From a virus, in IMG/VR virus record IMGVR_UViG_3300037520_001276, positions 20,397 to 84,396 of that record: a DNA stretch of 64,000 nt; one strand, written 5' to 3'. Position numbers and translations under genes: made by a program. Shown piece by piece: positions 56,501 through 64,000 of this stretch (positions within the stretch are counted from its first letter, which is position 1; the number at the start of each line of letters is the position of its first letter). A model generated the notes under the pieces. It saw only the letters and a program-made list of their open reading frames with translations, searched no databases and was not told the DNA's origin.

Positions 56501-58747
56501 ATTAAAAGTTAATATTTGACCTGCATTAATGTTGCTTAATGTTTGTGAATCACACAACAAAATTAATACACTATCGGTGAATGGTGTTGATGGGTCTAAT
56601 GTTGTAGTATTTGGTATTGTATTATTTACGGTTGTTTCTATGATATTTTGACCTTCAAAATATCTTGCCCTAAAATTAACCATGTTCATTGATTGAGCTA
56701 AAGAAACGTCCCATGGTGCTTTACCCCATCCGGGAGTTACTTCTTGTGAAGCAAATGGGACTTTAATGATTTTATTTGATGCCGCATTTCCTTCTAAACC
56801 CTGAAACCCTGAGAGAAATTCTCTATATTCCTCATTTAACGTTTCATTAGAAGAGTCAAGCGTATTATTTGCTATAGTAAAAGAGTTTGATGATGTTAAA
56901 TTAGCCAAAACACTATAATTACCTAATGTTATATTATACACATCACTTTCTGTTTTTGATGAAGTGTCTAATTCTTGCTCTGTACAAGGGCAAGATTCAC
57001 AATCAGGATAAGACATCATAGGTAAAGATATTCTTTTAAAGGGGTTTGTTTTTGATATTGGTGTGATATTTTGTTTTTTACATTGACTTCTCCTTAATCT
57101 AGGCGATAATATCGCAACAACAATACATATTGAATATACAAAAGTATTAATTAACCATATGAATAAATTTATAATTACCCTAAAAATCGGATATAGTAGT
57201 GCTAAAACATGTAATATGATTAAAATATTTGGTACTAAAAATGAAACTATTGTTATTAAAAACATCATTAGAAAAAATATCAAATCAAAGTTTCTAACTC
57301 CGTCATTTACTGGCAGTTTATTAATTTGATTACATTCTTTACTGTCAATTTCTTTTATACCTAAATGTCTATTTCTATTATATCCCCATTTAAATCTATC
57401 AATAAAATTAGCAACAGTATAAACTTTATTAAAATTAAACTCATAAAAATAGTCCTCGCAATTAATAGCAACCTGTGGATCGGCATAATCATTCCAATCC
57501 AAACTAAATGCGTATGATTTTAATTGTAATGAATAATCAAAATTACTATCATCATATTTACCACTATCTGTCCAACCGTATTCTCTTATATTAGGAACTA
57601 AATAATCAGCTCTTTGAATTGTGTTGTTTTCAACATCTTCGTTTTGATACTGAACCCTAAATCTATATCTACCCTTAGTTGGTATACCAACCGATGGGTC
57701 GTTAGAAATGACTTGTTCTCCAAATTCATTTGTTGTCACATAATCAATATTCATTGGGAGTTCGACTAACCAAGCACCGTCTTCATCAATAACTTTACCT
57801 CCGTTTGGTAAGTTAAACTGTTCTAGTACGGGTCTACCACTAGAATCGTACCCTATTGTTTGTCTTATAGATAAAATCTTACCGGGACCTGTTTCTAACC
57901 CACATAAACTACCTATATCTTTTTTAGGTTTACAGTTTGTTCTTAAAAAATCTTCTTTTGATGTAGAAAATATTGACCCCATAAAAATAGCTTGTGGTTT
58001 AATTTCAATACCTAAATCTCTTAAATCAAAATCAGTTCTTGTAATACCAATATTACATAATTCGTTTTCACCCCAAAAAGGAGTTACATCTATGTCTCTA
58101 ACAAAGTTTACAATTTGTGGTAGTGATGCTAAATCTTCAGATGATTTAAAATTTTCACCGTCAAATTGTTCAGGAGTACCAAGACCCGTTCTTATTAAAT
58201 CTTTTGGTCTTAATGAAAAACAACCCATATCCGATAGGTCTAAATCCATTACGATAGTTTGTATACCTAAAGGAACCCCAACAATCATAAAATCACCACT
58301 ATCGTTAGTTGTTGTTGTGTATTTGTAATATTTTTCGTAAACTTCTAATACCTCTATTCTTGTTAGTACATCTTCCTTGTCTGGAAATGTCCCTGTTGGT
58401 GTGTGCCCTCCGTAACTTTTTTTATAAGGTAATAAATTATATCTGTAACCATCTTCATTTTTTTCTGCAGGTGTTTTATAAGGATATAAGTTAGATATTA
58501 CAGGATCATTTTCGTCTACTTGATCTAAAGGAATGAATATTGAAACGGTTGCGTTAGGGACACCATACCCACCATTAACAATAACCCTTCCAGCAACAAC
58601 ACCATAATCTGCACAAAATCTAGTATAAACATCGTTCTGTCTTAATTTTAAAGATAGTATTTCTAAAAAATCAAAGTCTTGGTTTATGTTAATTCTTATG
58701 TTTTTGTCTGTACCGACTTGTGTTCTTAATCTGTAACTTTTGGACAT
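53525..58747 (-). CDS. 1740-aa baseplate-associated protein with prealbumin-like N-domain and internal hydrophobic/TM block
   Basis: YGVVAGRV..NGGYGVPNATVSIF...TNDSGDFMIVGVP; about 60-aa hydrophobic stretch; TATTTAT at 58762-58768. Confidence 0.7.
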   Translation of the reverse strand: MSKSYRLRTQVGTDKNIRININQDFDFLEILSLKLRQNDVYTRFCADYGVVAGRVIVNGGYGVPNATVSIFIPLDQVDENDPVISNLYPYKTPAEKNEDGYRYNLLPYKKSYGGHTPTGTFPDKEDVLTRIEVLEVYEKYYKYTTTTNDSGDFMIVGVPLGIQTIVMDLDLSDMGCFSLRPKDLIRTGLGTPEQFDGENFKSSEDLASLPQIVNFVRDIDVTPFWGENELCNIGITRTDFDLRDLGIEIKPQAIFMGSIFSTSKEDFLRTNCKPKKDIGSLCGLETGPGKILSIRQTIGYDSSGRPVLEQFNLPNGGKVIDEDGAWLVELPMNIDYVTTNEFGEQVISNDPSVGIPTKGRYRFRVQYQNEDVENNTIQRADYLVPNIREYGWTDSGKYDDSNFDYSLQLKSYAFSLDWNDYADPQVAINCEDYFYEFNFNKVYTVANFIDRFKWGYNRNRHLGIKEIDSKECNQINKLPVNDGVRNFDLIFFLMMFLITIVSFLVPNILIILHVLALLYPIFRVIINLFIWLINTFVYSICIVVAILSPRLRRSQCKKQNITPISKTNPFKRISLPMMSYPDCESCPCTEQELDTSSKTESDVYNITLGNYSVLANLTSSNSFTIANNTLDSSNETLNEEYREFLSGFQGLEGNAASNKIIKVPFASQEVTPGWGKAPWDVSLAQSMNMVNFRARYFEGQNIIETTVNNTIPNTTTLDPSTPFTDSVLILLCDSQTLSNINAGQILTFNSVDNINDPNITGFTSGNQFGTTTITGSTPYNTNALVNKPLTYIDQSGNIQTINLKLNITSDGKEYKFKSGLEYFQLITGGTVSQFSAITNPSVFGGALNKYLFGKTQYLENWPSFPTSTQNDSYVYSIRNFDGFNDLEVLILSRGVDPYTDKQNIKYDLSKLFGYSSFGSGPIVEGSYYLNVPIQPNTVPNGSPTPPSWYNSNQSPESHLVTNNTNVSLYHQPFGFNVDTTQFSSFTNNNPYYYNSTDKSTTSSVAYYGDLYTLGFYLNGTGVYSPAFKTTDQTPLNKMGFQFGHTPSTLNQYVWLTDGIQYPFQPDACAATIDPLAFTNPLYANRPSAFPTVTKLYTNSNLTTPYDSSGYFIAKLSGTNTYYVLITDSLGTIQLNPVLCTTSGPTYDLFPNTDQGNIEGGTLIAVPGLTFQGSPTADFENARVYSFAYHTNGSNPNITVTNNNRLVFRSDRLPTSDVTEVSGNTSFSLHLNNRFEIYTVDDQGSSVAIPSNDFEATDNTFNAQDLSGDTSNAYTDAILNTLTCEGMVPITCYSGSGNNFGVETPCTDPIDNLLGQNTDSRVDGGCYFFVDKPLIVSIPNDIRYFREWRSRFRVTYAACRGIFSQVFQNNWLNGSLYMFSFKKQTTFNVAGEPKKYKYCGMPNSFFRSGQGTLFYTSGTTNSFFYRSSPYNGNQQTFVGQRPEYQPLGFGGYVQVPFGANNDRNLFFPTTIMDLGPRDLYTKEICSNPNFEGYLMKNLESSSYNDQGDVLNLAIISRFVNKNYWLDTLGLGDKSVNRFFSRSGDRLDGDIAQMFSINSEFGVVPFGDEEYDDNDLYVQGGTFNSVFGIFFSSDTASRNVLSPGVLTFSLTPPLLNYFGYTKTQEVPMYLWTSNPTAGQQTIFGTDNNEWYTNVIVANNAFYSNKYQSMSFQYAPASRYFNTTPTGQKGYIFNSDVNGNNDPNWTGTIQTGDSFVVGAPFHFYFGLNKGKTALNKFITNYIG

Positions 58748-58819
58748 GTTTTCTTTTAAAAATAAATAGTTATGTATGTATTTTTAAAAATACGGTAGAT
58801 AAATTCAAAATAAAGATTC

Positions 58820-60661
58820 CTATGAAAAGTCTACAGACTTTAGATTTTTAACTCTAACTTTAATATCCTTGTTATCGTACCTTATTTGATATATTTGATC
58901 TGGTTCGGCAAATACGGTATCATCGATTAAACGAATTTGTCTTGTTTCGGGGTCAATATATCTTTGTGATGTTTGAGATGAGGAATATTGTCCTCCAACT
59001 TTATTAAATACATTAATTTCTGTTAAAGATATTACACCTGCAGTGTTTTGTACTAACCTTCTAACATCAGAAACGTTAACATTTTGACCAAGTTCTCTGT
59101 TTTTTGGGTTCATATAATTTGAAATCTGATCAATAATCTCAGTTATAACTTGTCCTTGATTCTGTGTTGATTCTAAAACGACAAAAAGTTCTAACTCTAA
59201 ATCAATAACTTTAGCTATATCAATTGCAATGTAATCATTTATCATTCTATACTTTGATAGGTATGTCGCTAAATTACTTTTTAAGTAATTTGACACCACT
59301 TGTGTTAATTTACCAGTATCATCATAAGATAAAATTTGAACATTAATTTTATTATTCTTTTCAGTTATTGAAACTTTTGCTGGAGCACCAAATTTACTAG
59401 GCATTGTATCAATTAATGACTTATAATCATTAATTGTTACCGCTCTTTTTTGTGCAGAAAAGTTAAAAGAAACCATGTTTCTAACTTCTTCTGTTGATGG
59501 TGGATTTGCTCCCCCAATTGCTGCCGTTACATTGTTACAACCCAAAGATTGTTGAACATTTCTATTTATTGAGTCTGATGGTCCGGTGACCGCAAAATCA
59601 ACAGTACCAACTTGATTAATAACTCCAACACCTACATTTGTAGCCAAACCACCACCAACCCTATATTGGATAAATAATGTTGTATTTGGTCTAACAGTTA
59701 AACCTAAACCAATGTTATTTTGGTATTTGTTAATATCTAAAGGTATTCCTGTATTTGTAAAACTTTTTAATTGTTCATTTGGTGTTGTTGTTCCTCCTCC
59801 AAATTGTAGTTTCATAAAACCTTCGGGAGTATATTCAGACATAAATCTTTGTTCTGTTTTAATATATTTACCAACCTTAATACCACTACTATCTATTGGT
59901 TTTGTGGGATCTTCAACAAATATTGTATCTTCGGCCAAAGCGTCAACTTCATACCATTTATTATTTGTTGCATTTAAAAAATCTTGGAATGTTGGCGTAC
60001 CTGGATATGATGTTCCGTCTTTTTGAATAACACCTGTAACACCTAAAACATTTCTTTCAGGTAAAAATAAATTAAAAAATGGAACCGCATCTACCGGATT
60101 TATAACTTTTTTAAATACTTTAGTAAACCCATTTACAACCACCTCTCTTTTTGTGATAATGTAATTCACTACTTTATTATTAGCATCAAATGTTGGTATC
60201 TTAGTTCTATTAATAAACCCTTCTTGATTATACTGTGTTGAAAAGTCTATGTCATATATTGTTTCAAAAGAAGTACCTCCTCCATTAAATTGTGAACCCG
60301 CCCTTAAAATTCCCAAATATCTAAAGTCTTCAGAGTCTCCAAGTGGTGGTACCGTTATTGATATATCAACAATAGCAACTGATGGTCTATATCCGGGTAT
60401 TTTTAAACCATATGTTCTTGCAATATTATAAATTGAGGATCTTTGTTGTGCGTATTGTAAAACCGTTTCTTGAATACTTCTATCAATATGAAAATGTAAA
60501 TTGTCAGCAACTGCAGCGTTCAAATCCATTAAAACAGAATATACTGAAGCATCATTAAAGTTTTGTATTAGTTCTGGGTAATACTGTTTTGTGTAGTTAA
60601 TTAAATCCTGCCTTAACCCTTCAAAATCTCTTTCAGTATAATTTATTTTATTATTTGCCAT
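58820..60661 (-). CDS. Baseplate wedge protein (T4 gp6 / baseplate J-like)
   Basis: YTERDFEGLRQDLI...NDAS...L.F.ID...E...A..YG.K; YRVGGG..TN; QKRAVT..DY. Confidence 0.88.
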   Translation of the reverse strand: MANNKINYTERDFEGLRQDLINYTKQYYPELIQNFNDASVYSVLMDLNAAVADNLHFHIDRSIQETVLQYAQQRSSIYNIARTYGLKIPGYRPSVAIVDISITVPPLGDSEDFRYLGILRAGSQFNGGGTSFETIYDIDFSTQYNQEGFINRTKIPTFDANNKVVNYIITKREVVVNGFTKVFKKVINPVDAVPFFNLFLPERNVLGVTGVIQKDGTSYPGTPTFQDFLNATNNKWYEVDALAEDTIFVEDPTKPIDSSGIKVGKYIKTEQRFMSEYTPEGFMKLQFGGGTTTPNEQLKSFTNTGIPLDINKYQNNIGLGLTVRPNTTLFIQYRVGGGLATNVGVGVINQVGTVDFAVTGPSDSINRNVQQSLGCNNVTAAIGGANPPSTEEVRNMVSFNFSAQKRAVTINDYKSLIDTMPSKFGAPAKVSITEKNNKINVQILSYDDTGKLTQVVSNYLKSNLATYLSKYRMINDYIAIDIAKVIDLELELFVVLESTQNQGQVITEIIDQISNYMNPKNRELGQNVNVSDVRRLVQNTAGVISLTEINVFNKVGGQYSSSQTSQRYIDPETRQIRLIDDTVFAEPDQIYQIRYDNKDIKVRVKNLKSVDFS

Positions 60662-60662
60662 T

Positions 60663-61127
60663 TTAGATATTTATTATAATAAATTCTCTACTACCAAATG
60701 CCTTTGCTTCGTCTGTGTAGTCAATTTTTAGTTTAGCGGTGTATTCACCAGTATTTTGGCCAGGTATTTTAAAAACGCTAGCCTGACCCAATAATTCGTA
60801 ATTTAAATCACCAGGGGCTTCGTCACTTTCTAAAAAAGGCTCAACAGAAATATTATTAATAGTTAAGTTTGGTATGTACTTTGCAACCTGTTCTTCAATG
60901 TCAGTCCTAATACTATCAAATGTTTCTCCGTCTAAAGGTTCAAATATAAATTCATATATTCTTGTTCCAAAATCAGGTAAATAATATCTAGTTCCCTTCC
61001 TTGTTAAAATTAAATGTAATAAATTACTTCTTATTTCTTCTGAAGTCTCTTCAGATAAAGACAAATAAAAACCTTTATCGCTTTGTCTAAAAGGAAAATT
61101 TATTCCATATGTTGTTCCATCTGCCAT
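60663..61127 (-). CDS. gp25/GPW-like baseplate wedge (sheath initiator)
   Basis: GINFPF...IRSNLLHLILTRKGTRYYLPDFGT.I...IFEP; TATTTAT at 61133-61139. Confidence 0.9.
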   Translation of the reverse strand: MADGTTYGINFPFRQSDKGFYLSLSEETSEEIRSNLLHLILTRKGTRYYLPDFGTRIYEFIFEPLDGETFDSIRTDIEEQVAKYIPNLTINNISVEPFLESDEAPGDLNYELLGQASVFKIPGQNTGEYTAKLKIDYTDEAKAFGSREFIIINI

Positions 61128-61178
61128 ATAAAATAAATATAGTATTAATAAATTTCTGTTAAATAATAAATCTTTAAT

Positions 61179-61916
61179 TTATATACGATTACCAATATCA
61201 CTTAGCGCTTGCCAATGTGATAGACCATCTTTTGTTGAACTAGCACCACTAACAATACCTAAACCTCGATATTGGTTTGGTCCTACGTATACGTTTTTTT
61301 TAGGAACACCTGAACTAACGGCGGATTTAACAACACTACTTGTTTTTTTACTAACAGCGTATGGTTCAATTATAAAAACTTTATTTTTATTTGTGTTTTT
61401 ATTAATTGCAACATCAGAAGCCAAATTACATCCCGCACTAAACATAAAAACATATAATCCAGGATTTTCATCTATTATTTTTTTTACTTCAGATGCACTT
61501 GTATTATATCTAACTCCTTTTATTTTTTTTGTCTGACCAAAAGAACTTTTTAATAAATTGACTTGTTGTCCGATAGAATAATCACCTCTTCTAGTGTCTA
61601 AACCACCAATTAAGAGAGCGTCGTAATTGTTTTTATTTTTTGATTTTGAAGCACTAATAGTAAACTCTGGTAAATCTTTATTTAATTCATCTTTATTTTT
61701 ATCGTACAAAGATTTAGTGCTTGATGTTGATGATTTTGGTGGTTCGCTTTTTTTATTATCATTTGTTGGTTTACTGCTATTTTTTTCCGCGTCGTTTGCC
61801 GATTTTTTAGCAATATCAGACCCCAATTTTAAAATATCTTCCCAACTCATTTCTTCTAAAAGGACCTTTCTAACTATACTTTGTAGTTTTTTTTCACTTA
61901 TATATTTTTTTCTCAT
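61179..61916 (-). CDS. Leader-bearing protein with alpha/beta-hydrolase-like C-domain
   Basis: LQSIVRKVLLEE leader; LIGG, FMFSAGC (nucleophile-elbow-like), IIEPY and SHW; TATTTAT at 61923-61929. Confidence 0.55.
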   Translation of the reverse strand: MRKKYISEKKLQSIVRKVLLEEMSWEDILKLGSDIAKKSANDAEKNSSKPTNDNKKSEPPKSSTSSTKSLYDKNKDELNKDLPEFTISASKSKNKNNYDALLIGGLDTRRGDYSIGQQVNLLKSSFGQTKKIKGVRYNTSASEVKKIIDENPGLYVFMFSAGCNLASDVAINKNTNKNKVFIIEPYAVSKKTSSVVKSAVSSGVPKKNVYVGPNQYRGLGIVSGASSTKDGLSHWQALSDIGNRI

Positions 61917-61934
61917 AATACTATAAATATTAAT

Positions 61935-61967
61935 AAAAAAAAAATCACCGATTTCTCAGTGATTTTT
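61935..61967 (-). terminator. Intrinsic terminator of the nrdJ operon
   Basis: AAAAATCACTGA-GAAA-TCGGTGATTTTT plus U-run on the minus strand. Confidence 0.85.
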
Positions 61968-62178
61968 CTTGTATTTTTGTAATACCTCTTTCATGTCTTG
62001 GTTCGTATGGACAATGTAAACATCCGTTACCACAACATTTACCACGTTTCATATGGTAATCTTCTGTCATAACCATTCTACCTTGACTATCATAATAAAA
62101 TTCAGTTGGTTGGAGTTTTGGTCCAAACTCTCTAACGTATTGTTGTTGTATCCAATCTTTTGATGCTCCTACATTCAT
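61945..62178 (-). CDS. DUF5522-like Cys-rich small protein
   Basis: FYY...G.MVMTE.YH.KRG.CCGNGCLHCPY. Confidence 0.85.
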   Translation of the reverse strand: MNVGASKDWIQQQYVREFGPKLQPTEFYYDSQGRMVMTEDYHMKRGKCCGNGCLHCPYEPRHERGITKIQEKSLRNR

Positions 62179-62179
62179 T

Positions 62180-62260
62180 TTAATTATTCTTTCTAAGATT
62201 ATAAAACGCCAACATAACTTGGTATGTTAGCGTTATATCATTTCCCCATTGTACTTTCAT
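62180..62260 (-). CDS. Possible 26-aa peptide (MKVQWGNDITLTYQVMLAFYNLRKNN)
   Basis: Exactly fills the gap between nrdJ and the DUF5522-like gene. Confidence 0.5.
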   Translation of the reverse strand: MKVQWGNDITLTYQVMLAFYNLRKNN

Positions 62261-62263
62261 GAC

Positions 62264-64000
62264 TTATACAATTTCACAAGCACCACCGGCACATGCTGCC
62301 TCACCTCTAAGGTCAGTGTTATCTTGTAACTCAATAACTTTTGTAAGATCAACATCTGTTAATGATTTAACTAATCTTTCAAAGTCTTCTTTTGTACAAT
62401 CTTCAAAAGGTGCCTGTGTGTAAGTTCCTCCGTTGTATGGTAATACTGAAAGTCCGTTATAAAAGTCTCTATTATTCCACATCCAATCACCAACTAATTC
62501 CCACTCATCTTCTTTAATTGAAACGGTTGCCGATACGTTGTGAGTATTTTGTCCGTTTCTATGACCAGGTTTAATCCATTCTTGTGAAACTTTTTTAACT
62601 CTCTCTAACATCTGAAATACTGATTCATGTCTAACGATTGAACCTTCAGGTGCTCTTTGTGGAATAGTGATTACCGCAGTGTCGTGTGGTCTAAAGTATT
62701 CGTCTTCAATCAATTCAGGGTGGTTAATTGCCAAGTATGAATAGATTGATTCGTTTTTACCAACACGGATTCTTCTTAGGTAATAATCATTATGCCAAGC
62801 ATGAATACCTGATGATGTTCCCAATACTAAAGATGATGTTCCTGATGGTTTAACTGTTGTTGTTCTTGCAGATTTGTTAATTTTAATTAATGATGCAACT
62901 CTTTCGTTTTCTTCTTTAACTGCTTTAGCCGCCTTTTTCATATCATAACCCAATACAACACCTGAACCGATACCCGTCATACCAACACCAATAAGTGCGT
63001 CTTTTTCGGTTGTTCTTTTCCAAATGTCTCTTAGGTAATGAAAGTCTGTGTACCCTGCCTGTAATGTTCCAATAAATGATGCCGCTCTAACTCTTTTATC
63101 GAAGTCTTCTTGTGATTCAATATCTGATGCATTTACCTCACATAAGTTACAGAATTGGAATGGACGAAGTGCGATTTCACAACATGGGTTAGTTCCCCAA
63201 TCTTTATCGTTAGATAAATAGATTCCAGGTTCACCTGCTCCTGATAACTCAATACGTTTCCACAAATCCATAAAGAATTCTTTTGTGATTTTGTGACGAA
63301 GAAGTACTGCCGAGTTATTTGCTCTACCTCTTTGTGCGTTTTGTTCCCACCAACTTCCTGACTTACAAGAAATCATTTCTTCATCATCTGCCGAGAATAA
63401 AGATATAAGTGCAGCTCTTCTAATACCACCAGCAAGTACCGCATCAGCAATATGACACACAATATCATGGGTTTCAATCGGTGATAATCTTTCTCCATCT
63501 TTTTTGTTATCCAACACTTTTGTTATGTGGTGGATACAATCTTTTAGTGGTTGAGGTCCTGGTGCTTTACCCCCTGATGTTACAAGGTTTGCTCCTTTGT
63601 GTCTGATATCTGAAAAGTCAAATATCGGTGTTGACGATTTGTAACCTAAGTATGATTCCATCAATACTTTAATTGCGTCTGCCCATCCTTCAATAGAGTC
63701 ACCAATAAGGTAACGTCTTGTTCTTTCAGGGTTTGGTTTTTTTATTTCTGGTAGTTTTTCAACATGGTGTTTTTGAACTGAGTATCCAACTCCCGTTCCA
63801 CCTAAAAGTAAAAACATTGTTTCAGAAAATGCGTCTACATGGTCAATTGGCATATATGCACAGTTGTAGACTCTGTTTGGTGAAATCTCAATTGGTTTAC
63901 CACCGAATTGTAATGATCTCATTGATGGTAATACTTTCTTGTCGTATACCATTTTATATACCTCCTCTATCTCATCTTTGATGTGGGGGTACTTACGTTG
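62264..64000 (-). CDS. nrdJ: Class II (adenosylcobalamin-dependent) ribonucleotide reductase, RTPR-type; start lies beyond the window
   Basis: YNC, GGTGVG, GGIRRAA, TNPCCEI, FCNL, TTVKPSGT and C-terminal CAGGAC; frame stays open to 64000 (QRKYPHIKDEIEEVYKM...). Confidence 0.93.
   Translation of the reverse strand, partial: QRKYPHIKDEIEEVYKMVYDKKVLPSMRSLQFGGKPIEISPNRVYNCAYMPIDHVDAFSETMFLLLGGTGVGYSVQKHHVEKLPEIKKPNPERTRRYLIGDSIEGWADAIKVLMESYLGYKSSTPIFDFSDIRHKGANLVTSGGKAPGPQPLKDCIHHITKVLDNKKDGERLSPIETHDIVCHIADAVLAGGIRRAALISLFSADDEEMISCKSGSWWEQNAQRGRANNSAVLLRHKITKEFFMDLWKRIELSGAGEPGIYLSNDKDWGTNPCCEIALRPFQFCNLCEVNASDIESQEDFDKRVRAASFIGTLQAGYTDFHYLRDIWKRTTEKDALIGVGMTGIGSGVVLGYDMKKAAKAVKEENERVASLIKINKSARTTTVKPSGTSSLVLGTSSGIHAWHNDYYLRRIRVGKNESIYSYLAINHPELIEDEYFRPHDTAVITIPQRAPEGSIVRHESVFQMLERVKKVSQEWIKPGHRNGQNTHNVSATVSIKEDEWELVGDWMWNNRDFYNGLSVLPYNGGTYTQAPFEDCTKEDFERLVKSLTDVDLTKVIELQDNTDLRGEAACAGGACEIV

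Noticed and set aside
1453-63981. Many 60-140 aa antisense or off-frame ORFs in the track (e.g. 5710-6090, 10871-11281, 30597-31007, 35658-35990, 40392-41273, 59712-60026)
   Set aside because: They are shadows of longer well-supported genes, with hydrophobic or repeat-derived composition and no initiation context
1-64000. Stop-codon reassignment as in some Bacteroidota phages
   Set aside because: Conserved genes are full length in code 11 with high coding density, and TAG and TGA both terminate genes
62264-64000. Intron or intein in nrdJ
   Set aside because: The visible part is a continuous frame with normally spaced motifs

Overview
AT-rich (roughly 30% GC by eye), gene-dense segment of a large (jumbo-type) myophage genome using the standard genetic code, almost all on the minus strand. 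A Bacteroidota host is inferred from a Bacteroidota-type primary sigma70 homologue, TAnnTTTG (-7) promoters, an Hc1 histone-like protein, DUF6576/DUF5522-like proteins and SprB repeats. Left half (1-29 kb): accessory, replication and regulatory genes, including a degenerate MetK, glutaredoxin, PcfJ-like and LRR proteins, a Dam-type methylase, DnaJ, a sigma factor, a fused type IIG-like R-M enzyme, SbcCD/gp46-47, exonuclease, primase and RuvC. Right half (29-61 kb): tail, baseplate and fibre module (gp25- and gp6-like wedges; SprB, SHAEG, LRR, DUF285 and Pro-Thr repeat proteins) with an embedded GT60 GlcNAc-transferase, followed by a class II ribonucleotide reductase that runs off the end. Most notable observations: (1) a GT60 enzyme beside mucin-like (PT)n virion proteins, suggesting virion O-glycosylation; (2) unrelated proteins sharing a TATTTAT upstream motif and an amphipathic leader ending in Glu, suggesting capsid-loaded cargo; (3) a structured candidate ncRNA at about 8.1-8.2 kb bounded by a promoter and a terminator-like hairpin; (4) a repeated adaptor-plus-fibre cassette; (5) two apparent pseudoenzymes. 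All family calls come from motif recognition by eye, not from database searches.
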